A stretch of 64,000 nt of DNA from the IMG/VR virus record IMGVR_UViG_3300032675_000001, positions 1-64,000 of that record. One strand, written 5' to 3'. Positions 55,664-64,000 of the stretch are shown one piece after another. How positions within the stretch are numbered: position 1 is the stretch's first letter; the number at the start of each line of letters is the position of its first letter. The notes beneath the pieces are model-generated. The model was not told where the DNA came from. It did no database searches and saw only the letters and a list, made by a program, of their open reading frames with translations. The position numbers and the translations under genes are program-made.

Positions 55664-57571
55664 TCAGGGCCTGAAACGAACAATGTCCATCAAGCGACGA
55701 AGATCATCATATTCTTTGCTTTCGCAAGAACCGACTAGCTTTCCAACTGTCCCTTTTTTGCCGATCTTTTCGGTCGGACCAAGCTGACCTACACGCTTTT
55801 GTTCTGGTCCTAGGTCTTCGTCAAGTTCTTCGCCATCAAAGTTATCGTGAACAGAATCAACTTTATCTGATGCCAATGCGATAAGCTGTTGCTGCCAAGG
55901 CTCCAGACTTTCCTTATTGCCCATCTTTTTAACTGCTTTGGCTAAACGAACTGAATCCTTTGCCATGGTCTTGAGATTTGCAAGAGCCATACCGTTTTCT
56001 TCTTCGGTGTGACCTTCATCGTTTTCGTCAGTACGTCTTCCTATCCCAAACTTTGTTGGTCTAACAGGGTTGTTAATGATATCATCAGTGGTTTTCTTAT
56101 CGTCAAAGTTTTCTCTGCGCCACTTTTTATACTCTTCGCCTTGTTTATCTTCGCCTTCTGGAATGCCAACAGGATTGTTTGAAGTCAGACTTTCGCCATC
56201 TGCTTCTTCAATCTTATCCTTGTCTTTTCTGAACTTCTTTTTCCAAGGCTTTTCACCCTTCCAAACAACTTCTTCTTCCTCTGCAAGACCAAATGCCTTT
56301 AGATTCTTTTCTTCTGTTGATTGATTATGCTTTAGGGTTTGGGCACCCGGTGCTTCATCCAAGCCAATCGGTCTATCAAGAGTAGAAATATGATGACGTG
56401 TTACCTTGCCGTCCTTATCCTTGATGGAATATGATTCACCATTATCATGCTTTTTTACAACGGTTCCACGAAGACCTTTGTGATCTCCACTGATGACCTT
56501 TGTGCGATCACCGGGTTCCATTTCAAACTCCCAGTTCTTAAAATCTTCATCAAGTTCAAGGGTTTCATTTACAAGATTGTCTGCCCATGCAGCCAGTTCA
56601 TCAACTTCCTTGGCTTCCAATACGTTCTTATGTAAACGTGAAAGAATAGGCATTACTGATTCAATGCGTGGATCAAGGCTTGAACTCATGAACATTTCAC
56701 TGATGTCAGTTGAGCCTTCATCTTCCATTAGGGTTGGGGTCCATGATTCAAAATACATGTTGTAACCGCGATGACTGGTTAATCTATTGAGACTTTCACG
56801 TAGGTTATTATAATGACTTACGCCTTCTGCAACAAGTGCTTGGACTGACTCATTAAACTGTCCATTGCGAGTTGCGCGAACAAATCCACCCATCTTGTTA
56901 TATTCTTCGCATAGACTTTTGATATGGTTCCAACGATCATCATTAGGAACGCCACCTTCTGCGATATGGCGAGCATACACACGTGCAATACCGGGACGAG
57001 TAGTAGGAGCCAGAAAGCGTTCTCCATCTACGTTTTCAAGATAAATCTTGGCGATGTTACGATAACGCTGCTCACCTTCTTCTAGAGCACGATTGTGCTG
57101 CAACACAATCTTTACGTTTGGAACAGCATCGTTGTATGATGCTTTCTTACCCATTGGATGATAACTTTCACCAATCTTTTCTTTCATTTTTTGATGCTCT
57201 CTTTGCTTCATATCATCGCCCAAGCGATCTTTGTTTGCTAACTCAAAACTCATCTGTCTACGCTGTGCCCACTGTTTCAACATCTTTAGGAAACCAAGCC
57301 AAGTGTCATCATAATCAAGCCCCGGTGTTTCAACATCTGGGCTATCTTCCTGCTCAGAATCATAGTATACTGTGAGGTCTTGAGCGTCATCAATGCTTAT
57401 CCAGACTTTACCGTAGTCTTTGTTATCCTTCATGAAAGTAAACTCAATGACATCGGCGTCCTGTGATGCCTGAACTCGTTGATTCTTGGCACTCAGTGGC
57501 GTGGGTTTATACCCTCTCACTTTGAGAAGATCATAAAGCTTTTTGTTAAAGGATTCGTTGTCTATAGCCAT
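55664..57571 (-). CDS. Large virion/prohead-associated protein with an internal KOW-like motif
   Basis: 635 aa next to the terminase; GDRTKVISGDHKGLRGTV; many LxE sites; late promoter. Confidence 0.55.
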   Translation of the reverse strand: MAIDNESFNKKLYDLLKVRGYKPTPLSAKNQRVQASQDADVIEFTFMKDNKDYGKVWISIDDAQDLTVYYDSEQEDSPDVETPGLDYDDTWLGFLKMLKQWAQRRQMSFELANKDRLGDDMKQREHQKMKEKIGESYHPMGKKASYNDAVPNVKIVLQHNRALEEGEQRYRNIAKIYLENVDGERFLAPTTRPGIARVYARHIAEGGVPNDDRWNHIKSLCEEYNKMGGFVRATRNGQFNESVQALVAEGVSHYNNLRESLNRLTSHRGYNMYFESWTPTLMEDEGSTDISEMFMSSSLDPRIESVMPILSRLHKNVLEAKEVDELAAWADNLVNETLELDEDFKNWEFEMEPGDRTKVISGDHKGLRGTVVKKHDNGESYSIKDKDGKVTRHHISTLDRPIGLDEAPGAQTLKHNQSTEEKNLKAFGLAEEEEVVWKGEKPWKKKFRKDKDKIEEADGESLTSNNPVGIPEGEDKQGEEYKKWRRENFDDKKTTDDIINNPVRPTKFGIGRRTDENDEGHTEEENGMALANLKTMAKDSVRLAKAVKKMGNKESLEPWQQQLIALASDKVDSVHDNFDGEELDEDLGPEQKRVGQLGPTEKIGKKGTVGKLVGSCESKEYDDLRRLMDIVRFRP

Positions 57572-57588
57572 AGATGTATTTATACTTT

Positions 57589-59136
57589 TTAGCCTAGGAT
57601 GGCATAGAATGGTAATGGCATAATAATCTCATCATGGTCACGAATATGAGATTCAAGATCACCATGATAATCAGCAAGTTGTGTCATTATGCGAACAGCA
57701 AGTAACGATGCCATAACTAAGTCATCATGATCACCTATCTTTGCTGCATAACTGCCAGCATGTGCCACAAAGGCTTTTAGTTCTGAAATCAATGGGCGAC
57801 TATTAACAGTTAGCTTTTTTGATTCAAGAAGCGTCTTGAACTTAGCACAAGCAGCCAGTTTCGGTTTCTGACTAGTGTTGAAACCTCTGCGCTTTTTTCC
57901 CGGTTCACTGAGGAATACACCTTGAATGTTTGATTCACCATATTCATTTAGTGAAATAAGAGCGGCTTCACCTATGCTGTTGTTTTCAAGTGAATAATAG
58001 ATATTATTTGGCTCACCTGTGCATTCTGCTATGTATTTGTTGATTTCCGCCAACAGCTTGATCTGATTAGGAATATCAGTCTTGTTATGCTTCCATTCAC
58101 CAATCTGAGTGGTGGTAGATGCTTCAAATATCTGAATGGCGGCAGGATCGCCACCTGTTCCCAATGATGGGTCAAGAGCAACGACATAAAGATGTCCCTT
58201 TTCTGGCTTTTTATACCAACGAACTTGTCCCATGCGTGAGATTGGCTCAATGCCTTCAAGTTGGATAAGCGTATTTGGATTAATAAGTGTTTCGTCAGCG
58301 ATGATGAATTCACAACCGATTTCACGATTGAAACGATCTTCACCTAGCTGTGCTTGCATTTCCTGTGCCCATTTATCGTCTCTTCCTGGCTGCTCTTTCC
58401 AGTGTGCACGATAGGCTCTAAATCCGTTTACGCCTACTTCTGTGGTATTTCCAAACTCATCTTCTGTCTTGTTAGCACCTTTCCAAATGAGAGCAAACTG
58501 ATCTTCGTCAGAGTTTGGTGTTGATGTGATGATTGCTTTACCACCGGTTGCCAATGTAGGAGTAATGGCAGTCCAGAACTCTGTTGCGATTGATGGTCTA
58601 ACGAACGCAAACTCGTCCAGATATAACAATGAGATAGACATACCACGACCTGTATTTTCAGTTGTGGTGGCAGAAACGATACGTGAACCATTCTCAAAGT
58701 CAATAGAACCTTTGTTATAGGTTGTTACTCCTGCTTTAATATGATCTGGGCAGTTTTCATAAGCATAACGAATACGCTGCATGATTTCTTGAGCACCTTG
58801 ATATTTGTGTGCTGCAATCAGAATAGTAGAATCCTGCACAAACATCGCATACCAAAGTAGATATCCAGCGGCTGATGTTGATTTACCAGACTGACGAGGC
58901 ATCAATGAGATTGAGTAGCGATACTTATGATAAGTTTCAATCAGTCTCTCTTGATAAGGCCAAGGGTGATAATGCATTGCACCTCTTGTTGGGTGCTGAA
59001 TCATAAAGAAGTTATCCATAAAATACAGATAACCGGTAGCTGGATCACAACACTTTAGGAAATCATCCAGTTCTTTTTGAGTTTTATATACCGTCTTTTG
59101 GTATGGTGGTTTAATTAATGTTGGTGTATTTGCCAT
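57589..59136 (-). CDS. Terminase large subunit (gp17-like)
   Basis: PRQSGKST, LYLDEFAF, ITSTPN, ALDPSLG, HDDLVMA. Confidence 0.95.
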   Translation of the reverse strand: MANTPTLIKPPYQKTVYKTQKELDDFLKCCDPATGYLYFMDNFFMIQHPTRGAMHYHPWPYQERLIETYHKYRYSISLMPRQSGKSTSAAGYLLWYAMFVQDSTILIAAHKYQGAQEIMQRIRYAYENCPDHIKAGVTTYNKGSIDFENGSRIVSATTTENTGRGMSISLLYLDEFAFVRPSIATEFWTAITPTLATGGKAIITSTPNSDEDQFALIWKGANKTEDEFGNTTEVGVNGFRAYRAHWKEQPGRDDKWAQEMQAQLGEDRFNREIGCEFIIADETLINPNTLIQLEGIEPISRMGQVRWYKKPEKGHLYVVALDPSLGTGGDPAAIQIFEASTTTQIGEWKHNKTDIPNQIKLLAEINKYIAECTGEPNNIYYSLENNSIGEAALISLNEYGESNIQGVFLSEPGKKRRGFNTSQKPKLAACAKFKTLLESKKLTVNSRPLISELKAFVAHAGSYAAKIGDHDDLVMASLLAVRIMTQLADYHGDLESHIRDHDEIIMPLPFYAILG

Positions 59137-59160
59137 AGTATAATTATTTAGCTTAATATG

Positions 59161-59451
59161 CTACTTTTTTGAGAAGGGATGTTCCCCCGTAAGATGCGGT
59201 TTAGCAAACATTACTTTGAACCATTCAGGATCGCCCGGTCTGATGTTATTGTCTCGCATGTATTGAGCTTTTTGAGCGCCTGTTATTTCGTGGTTGTTGT
59301 CTAGTCTATCACCGTTTAGATCATAGTACTTGGGAATGCCAGCTAACCGCTTTAGTTCGTCTACTGACATATCTTTTTCTTCAGGAGGAGTAAACTCAGT
59401 GAACCCTTGGTAAGCGTTCATTAGCTTAGCTTGTTTGAATGGATCAAACAT
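59161..59451 (-). CDS. Hypothetical protein
   Basis: ELKRLAGI, NIRPGDPEWF. Confidence 0.6.
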   Translation of the reverse strand: MFDPFKQAKLMNAYQGFTEFTPPEEKDMSVDELKRLAGIPKYYDLNGDRLDNNHEITGAQKAQYMRDNNIRPGDPEWFKVMFAKPHLTGEHPFSKK

Positions 59452-60395
59452 TAATATCCGCCTGTTAATGGACTACGCTTCCAAGTATTTGTAGCAGTAC
59501 ATACATAGATATAGTTTGCATCCCAACATATTTGTCCGGGTGTTCCGGTGGCGTTAGATGCTTTAGTTGTTTGCGGTGCTTTCAATAAGCCTGTGATAGT
59601 GATGTTGTTGGCACCGATATTACCTGCGTAATCTTTTAACTGAGGGCCATATTTAAACTGACTGCCATCGTAAGTTACGATGTTGCCTTGACCATCAGTT
59701 GATCCTACTGAGCTTACATAGAATCCACCATTTACTGATAGTGTAGCACTGCCATTAAATGCGATATTACCATCAGTTCTTAATTCAATGATATCATTCT
59801 GATTGCTGTCCTGTACTAGTACATTGCCGGGTGTAGTTAATGTATTAGAGTCATCAAATGTCCAACTGTTGTCTGAACCAGCTACAGTTATAGTAACATT
59901 AGCATTTGTATCTAATGTTAATGTAGTGTTGCCATTAATTAAGTTTGATTGTAATCCTGTAGCACCGTTGACTTCTAAAACTCCGTCATGAACTGTTAGT
60001 CCCGCAATGTTTGCTGTATTTGCTGAGTCCGTGATATAGATAGTACCAGGCCCTAACCACAAGTTAGCCCAACGATGTGTTTCGTCACCTAAGAAATAAA
60101 TATTATCTGCGGCGGGTGATACATTAGCAGTGATTAATGTATTATCAATAAATGTCAGATTTGCTGAAGCACCAAATAAGTTGCCGCCTGCGTTGAATTG
60201 TACTGCGCCGACCGATCCGGCTGGCGCGCCATTGCCCGCAAGCCCAATTGGAAGCCCGCCCGGAGTGCTACCATCGCTGTAGTATAACGCATTAGTATCT
60301 GGATTCCACCAAATGCGACCCGTTTCACCTACATAGTTGGCCGAGTTAGCGTTATTGTCTCTACTCGTAAATACTTTTTGAATAAAACCACTCAA
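59451..60395 (-). CDS. Fibre-like structural protein
   Basis: SDGSTPGG, VQFN, LGDETHRWANLW, C-terminal GQICWDANYIYVCTATNTWKR. Confidence 0.7.
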   Translation of the reverse strand: MSGFIQKVFTSRDNNANSANYVGETGRIWWNPDTNALYYSDGSTPGGLPIGLAGNGAPAGSVGAVQFNAGGNLFGASANLTFIDNTLITANVSPAADNIYFLGDETHRWANLWLGPGTIYITDSANTANIAGLTVHDGVLEVNGATGLQSNLINGNTTLTLDTNANVTITVAGSDNSWTFDDSNTLTTPGNVLVQDSNQNDIIELRTDGNIAFNGSATLSVNGGFYVSSVGSTDGQGNIVTYDGSQFKYGPQLKDYAGNIGANNITITGLLKAPQTTKASNATGTPGQICWDANYIYVCTATNTWKRSPLTGGY

Positions 60396-60405
60396 GGTAA
60401 TCTCC

Positions 60406-60753
60406 TTAAACGTCTAGTGGTTCGTCATCACCCAATGCGTCTAGTACGACTGGATTGATACCTGCGTTACGTTTAATTGCAGCAAGTTCATTGTAGTGAT
60501 GAACTTCATCTTCTGATTCTTCTTCGGTGTCATAGATATTATCGACGCCAGTTGCTTTTTTGAGAAGTTCAAGTTTCATCTGCAACGGCGGAACAAAGAT
60601 ATCATCAGGTGCATGTGCAAGACCATTGTCATCACCGCATCCACAATCTTCACCGCCTTCAGATTCATAATCTGCGCCAGTTGCTGGGTGCATTCCGCCC
60701 TCTTTGGCATCAAGCATGTCTGCTAATCCACGTAATATTTCACTTGGTCTCAT
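60406..60753 (-). CDS. Acidic probable internal head protein
   Basis: MRPSEIL start, PPLQMKLELLKK, IKRNAGI. Confidence 0.55.
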   Translation of the reverse strand: MRPSEILRGLADMLDAKEGGMHPATGADYESEGGEDCGCGDDNGLAHAPDDIFVPPLQMKLELLKKATGVDNIYDTEEESEDEVHHYNELAAIKRNAGINPVVLDALGDDEPLDV

Positions 60754-60792
60754 AGTAAACTCCGTATGTTGTATTTATGCTTTACATAACAA

Positions 60793-60815
60793 ATCACCCG
60801 CAAAACGCGGGTGAC
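60793..60815 (-). terminator. Intrinsic terminator
   Basis: TCACCCGC-aaaac-GCGGGTGA. Confidence 0.7.
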
Positions 60816-60839
60816 TGTTCAATCAAATTTAAAAGGTGC

Positions 60840-61529
60840 TCACTTGATATCTAGTGGACGAGCCTTAGTTGCGACGATGCAGAAATATTTCTCTTTGACT
60901 GTCTTCTGTCCTTCTTCTCCATGTGACAGATTAACATCAAACTCAAGATTGTTAAACTTATCAATGTTGAAGCCGGTACGAATAAGAAGGGCGGCCAACT
61001 GATTAGCGCCGAAAACGCTATAATGATTTGGATTGTATTCGTGACCGCGTTCACAATCTGGTGCTGGAACTTCAATATAAATCTTTGAGCCTTGTTTCAA
61101 TACGCGATTGTATTCCATTAATGTGAAAATAGGATATGGTGAATGTTCAAGTGATTGGCGAGCAAAGATGAAATCTACAGATTCGTCATAATATCCCTCT
61201 TTCTGAGGCAAGAATGACATATCATACTTTTTAATAGTATGACCATTTGCTTCACAAATCTTGATATCTTCTGGACTCAAAGAAATTCCAACAAGATCGG
61301 TATAGCCACGGTCTTTCATTTCATCTAAGAAGTATCCTACGCCACATCCTATATCAAGAATCTTGGAATCCTTTGGGAGTTCCATAGGGTCAATATAAGT
61401 TTCTACTACCTGAGTGGTCAACTTCTTGTGGAAGTCGCTTTCCCCCTCATCATAGATGTGGCAATTAACTAGCCACTCATAGTAAAATTTAAGTTTAACA
61501 GCGTCAAAAACTTGGTTTATATCAATCAT
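60840..61529 (-). CDS. Class I SAM-dependent methyltransferase
   Basis: ILDIGCGVG, DFIFARQSLEH, RVLKQG..YIEVP; real start MIDINQ at 61529. Confidence 0.85.
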   Translation of the reverse strand: MIDINQVFDAVKLKFYYEWLVNCHIYDEGESDFHKKLTTQVVETYIDPMELPKDSKILDIGCGVGYFLDEMKDRGYTDLVGISLSPEDIKICEANGHTIKKYDMSFLPQKEGYYDESVDFIFARQSLEHSPYPIFTLMEYNRVLKQGSKIYIEVPAPDCERGHEYNPNHYSVFGANQLAALLIRTGFNIDKFNNLEFDVNLSHGEEGQKTVKEKYFCIVATKARPLDIK

Positions 61530-61593
61530 TTGTAATCCTGTATAAGTTATAAAATTACTTATGCTATGTTCAATCGTTAAATTTTTATTTGAT

Positions 61594-61675
61594 GATAAAT
61601 AAAAGTGTAGTTCGCGGGCGTCCACTCCCCAACTACTCTAATGCTATAAAGGAGCGATCAGCATGTCTATTTATC
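61594..61675 (+). ncRNA. Conserved structured endonuclease leader, copy 5
   Basis: GATAAATAAAAGT GTAGTT CGC GGG cgtccact CCC C AACTAC TCTAA TGCT ataaagg AGCG ATCAGC ATG TCTATTTATC. Confidence 0.8.
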
Positions 61676-62262
61676 GTAAAATATACGAACAGAATTTTGG
61701 ACCTATTCCAAAAGAGCCAAACGGAAGAACTTATGAAATTCACCATATTGATGGCAATCATGATAACAATGACCCTATAAATCTCAAGGCTGTAACAATC
61801 CAAGAACACTATGATATTCATTATTCACAGCAAGATTGGGGAGCTTGTCTATTAATAGGTAAGCGTCTCAATCTTTCTCCTGAAGAAATTTCTAGCATAT
61901 CAAGTAGAAATGCAAAAAAACAAATTGAGAACGGAACGCATCCTTTTCTTAATCCTGAAGTTGGTCGTAAAAGCATTATTAATGGAACGCACAATTTTTT
62001 CGGTGGTAGTATACAAAGTAAAAGCAATCAACGTAGACTAGCAAATGGTTCGCATCATTTATTAAGAGAAAATAGCCCACAAATACAAAATAAAACGCAT
62101 CATTTTTTCGGAGGTGATGTTCAGCGAAATAACAATTTTACGAGATTGGCAAATGGGACTCATCCATCGCAGACTGTTTGGAAATGTGAACATTGCGGCA
62201 AAACTGGACGAGGCAAAACTAATTATAATAGATATCACGGCGATTCGTGTAAAAATATTTAA
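61663..62262 (+). CDS. Free-standing HNH homing endonuclease with GTHxF repeats and zinc finger
   Basis: YEIHHIDGNHDNNDPINL...EHYDIH; CEHC...RYHGDSC. Confidence 0.9.
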   Translation: MSIYRKIYEQNFGPIPKEPNGRTYEIHHIDGNHDNNDPINLKAVTIQEHYDIHYSQQDWGACLLIGKRLNLSPEEISSISSRNAKKQIENGTHPFLNPEVGRKSIINGTHNFFGGSIQSKSNQRRLANGSHHLLRENSPQIQNKTHHFFGGDVQRNNNFTRLANGTHPSQTVWKCEHCGKTGRGKTNYNRYHGDSCKNI

Positions 62263-62627
62263 TTATTTTTTCTGTAATCGCCAACTTTTCTTGTTGGACT
62301 TACCTTGTTGGTATCTTCGCGTTCGGTGCTTTTAGATTTTGCCCATTTGCGACCACTTTTGTCCCCTACTTGTTTTGCAGCAAAGTCAAGCATCTTTTGT
62401 TCCGCATCAGTATAGGCATGGAACATCGGATTGCCTCCGATAAAGTTTTCAGATGGAGTCGGAAACTCAGGAGCACCCGCCAAAGCAATACCCATTCTCC
62501 AATGCATATATGAGTTACCATTACTGATATTCTGGTCATCATATGTGTTCACAGCACCCATTTCATTACCGAAGGATTCTGCATCCAACTTATGACTAGA
62601 TTCAGTAATGAACTCGTGTGCTCGCAT
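62259..62627 (-). CDS. Probable internal head protein, paralog of 62627..63007
   Basis: MRAHEFITE; YMHWRMGIALAGAPEFPTP; NKVSP. Confidence 0.65.
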   Translation of the reverse strand: MRAHEFITESSHKLDAESFGNEMGAVNTYDDQNISNGNSYMHWRMGIALAGAPEFPTPSENFIGGNPMFHAYTDAEQKMLDFAAKQVGDKSGRKWAKSKSTEREDTNKVSPTRKVGDYRKNN

Positions 62628-63007
62628 TATTTTTTGTAGCCTTTGACTTTTCTAACTGGACTTACTGTATTAGTATTTGACATTTCTGTGCTGCGATTAT
62701 CGCTTACCTTTTTCACTTTTCCGGCACCAACAGTCTTTGCAGCAATATTGATAATTTCAAGTTCTTCATCTGTATAAGTGGAAAGAAGCGGATCACCTGC
62801 CATTGGTCCTACTGGTGGCGTGGGATAATCTGGAGCACCAGCCATCGCAATACCAAATCTCCATGCGAGATAAGGAGAACCATTTGATTTGTTGATACTC
62901 AAATCGGGCATACTGATTGCGCCCTTTATAGCATCAAGTTGCCCTGCTGCAAAATCTTTAGGTTGAACCGGGGAATCAGCCTCTGTAATGAATTCTCTTG
63001 CTCTCAT
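62627..63007 (-). CDS. Probable internal head protein
   Basis: MRAREFITE; YLAWRFGIAMAGAPDYPTP; NTVSP. Confidence 0.65.
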   Translation of the reverse strand: MRAREFITEADSPVQPKDFAAGQLDAIKGAISMPDLSINKSNGSPYLAWRFGIAMAGAPDYPTPPVGPMAGDPLLSTYTDEELEIINIAAKTVGAGKVKKVSDNRSTEMSNTNTVSPVRKVKGYKK

Positions 63008-63032
63008 ATTAATATTCTTTCAGTTGCAATAC

Positions 63033-63911
63033 TTATTTATCAGAAGTGTGCTTCATTCCGTTGGAACTGAATGGTGGTTCACCATTGGTATCCTGCCACA
63101 ATGCTCTGTTACTAAGGATTTCCACCCAACAGTTTGTTTTTGGATGGTTAAGTGCCCAGAAATCAAACGATATATGACTTGAGATTGGGCGACAATAAAA
63201 CGTCTTTTCACTTGGAATGATCATTTCCTGTGCAGTGGTTCGCATCTTTTTACGTTCTGTGCTTGTTCTCATTACATTAAGCTGCGGACTATCAACATAG
63301 ATTCGGCACATTCCATTTACCATATCATCTTCATTTTCTGAAGTCATTACTATGCCCTGTGCCTGTAACATTCTGGATTCGCTGCTTATTCGGCTGAGAG
63401 TTTGTGATTCGTCATCTGGTGTTCTCTGATAACCGGCCCACGGCAACCATACACCGTGGTTAGTTCTTGCCACAACCTCATCATGCGGAATCTTTTTGCA
63501 AACGTAATGGTATTCATCATCTCTTTTGCAAGCTTCAAGTAAAAACAGAGTATCTTGATCATAGATAATCGTGTTCCCGGTCAACTCGTTTTCTATAGCA
63601 CGTTTTGCTGCACTGGTTGCATCTTTTTGAAGCAATGCGTCTGAAATCTTTTTACCATCTGGACTATGTTTAGTGGAAGTTTTGGTAACTTCCTTTTCAT
63701 CATCCTGAACCATCAAGCTTGCACTGAGGATTGCAACCCCACTGCTATTAAATCCTTCTTTATATCCAGTAACTTTGTCACAGAACATAAGTCTTTCAAG
63801 ACCATCTTTTTGAGAAACTTCAAATCCAATTTCTGGCACATAGTTTCTATCTCGGTTTTTTACTCCGACCCAGCCTTTATCTTCAAAGTATTTGGCAATG
63901 ATAACACACAT
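63033..63911 (-). CDS. Ntn-hydrolase-fold protein with N-terminal Cys nucleophile
   Basis: M-C-V-I start, KNRDR, EGFNSSGV, RTNH, SSESR. Confidence 0.7.
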   Translation of the reverse strand: MCVIIAKYFEDKGWVGVKNRDRNYVPEIGFEVSQKDGLERLMFCDKVTGYKEGFNSSGVAILSASLMVQDDEKEVTKTSTKHSPDGKKISDALLQKDATSAAKRAIENELTGNTIIYDQDTLFLLEACKRDDEYHYVCKKIPHDEVVARTNHGVWLPWAGYQRTPDDESQTLSRISSESRMLQAQGIVMTSENEDDMVNGMCRIYVDSPQLNVMRTSTERKKMRTTAQEMIIPSEKTFYCRPISSHISFDFWALNHPKTNCWVEILSNRALWQDTNGEPPFSSNGMKHTSDK

Positions 63912-63917
63912 TAAGTA

Positions 63918-64000
63918 TTAACTTCCTGACTGGTTAGTAGTAATGTCTCTTGAATCTTCGGTTTCCATTGCCGAGTTTGCATAACCATCAAGTGCTATAT
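63918..64000 (-). CDS. 3' end of an upstream gene (truncated by the window)
   Basis: Open frame ...IALDGYANSAMETEDSRDITTNQSGS*. Confidence 0.4.
   Translation of the reverse strand, partial: IALDGYANSAMETEDSRDITTNQSGS

Noticed and set aside
61530-61593. Duplicated target-gene remnant beside cassette 5 (also checked for cassettes 3 and 4)
   Set aside because: No frame resembles the end of the upstream gene, so end-replacement is directly supported only for the primase locus.
61530-61625. N-terminal extension of the methyltransferase
   Set aside because: It overlaps leader copy 5 antisense; ATG 61529 has an SD (AGGA) and an upstream ATAAGTA promoter-like site.
1-64000. Stop-codon reassignment, tRNA genes, group I introns
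   Set aside because: Core genes read full length in the standard code and TAA, TAG and TGA all end genes. No cloverleaf or intron core was recognised, and the nucleases are mostly antisense and free-standing.

Overview
This window is 64 kb of a large, AT-rich, T4-related (jumbo-type) myovirus genome, encoded mostly on the minus strand. It carries virion genes: tail sheath, tail tube, gp13/gp14/gp15-like neck proteins, gp4-like head-completion nuclease, large terminase, fibre-like proteins and many probable internal head proteins. Replication and recombination genes include a gp41-like helicase, gp61-like primase, a minimal DnaE-like polymerase core, UvsW, UvsX, UvsY, gp32 SSB and an exonuclease. 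Auxiliary genes include dNMP kinase, MazG, NUDIX, peptide deformylase, RNA ligase with a kinase, a methyltransferase and an Ntn hydrolase. Regulation uses T4-late-like (A/C)TAAATA promoters and TTGACA-N17-TATAAT-type promoters. The main unexplained structure is a family of free-standing endonuclease cassettes. Five genes from two unrelated nuclease families (three HNH, two GIY-YIG-like) share one ~80-nt leader: a late promoter, a covarying hairpin with a conserved CRC/Y internal loop, a second hairpin over the SD, and the first four codons, which are complementary to the promoter. A sixth, deleted relic is also present. One cassette sits inside the primase 3' end, which it appears to have replaced, leaving a decayed copy that now reads as a promoter. 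uvsW is a fractured gene with a naturally split intein in its DE|CH motif around a free-standing endonuclease. No tRNA, rRNA or CRISPR array was recognised. Functional calls come from motif recognition only, not database searches.
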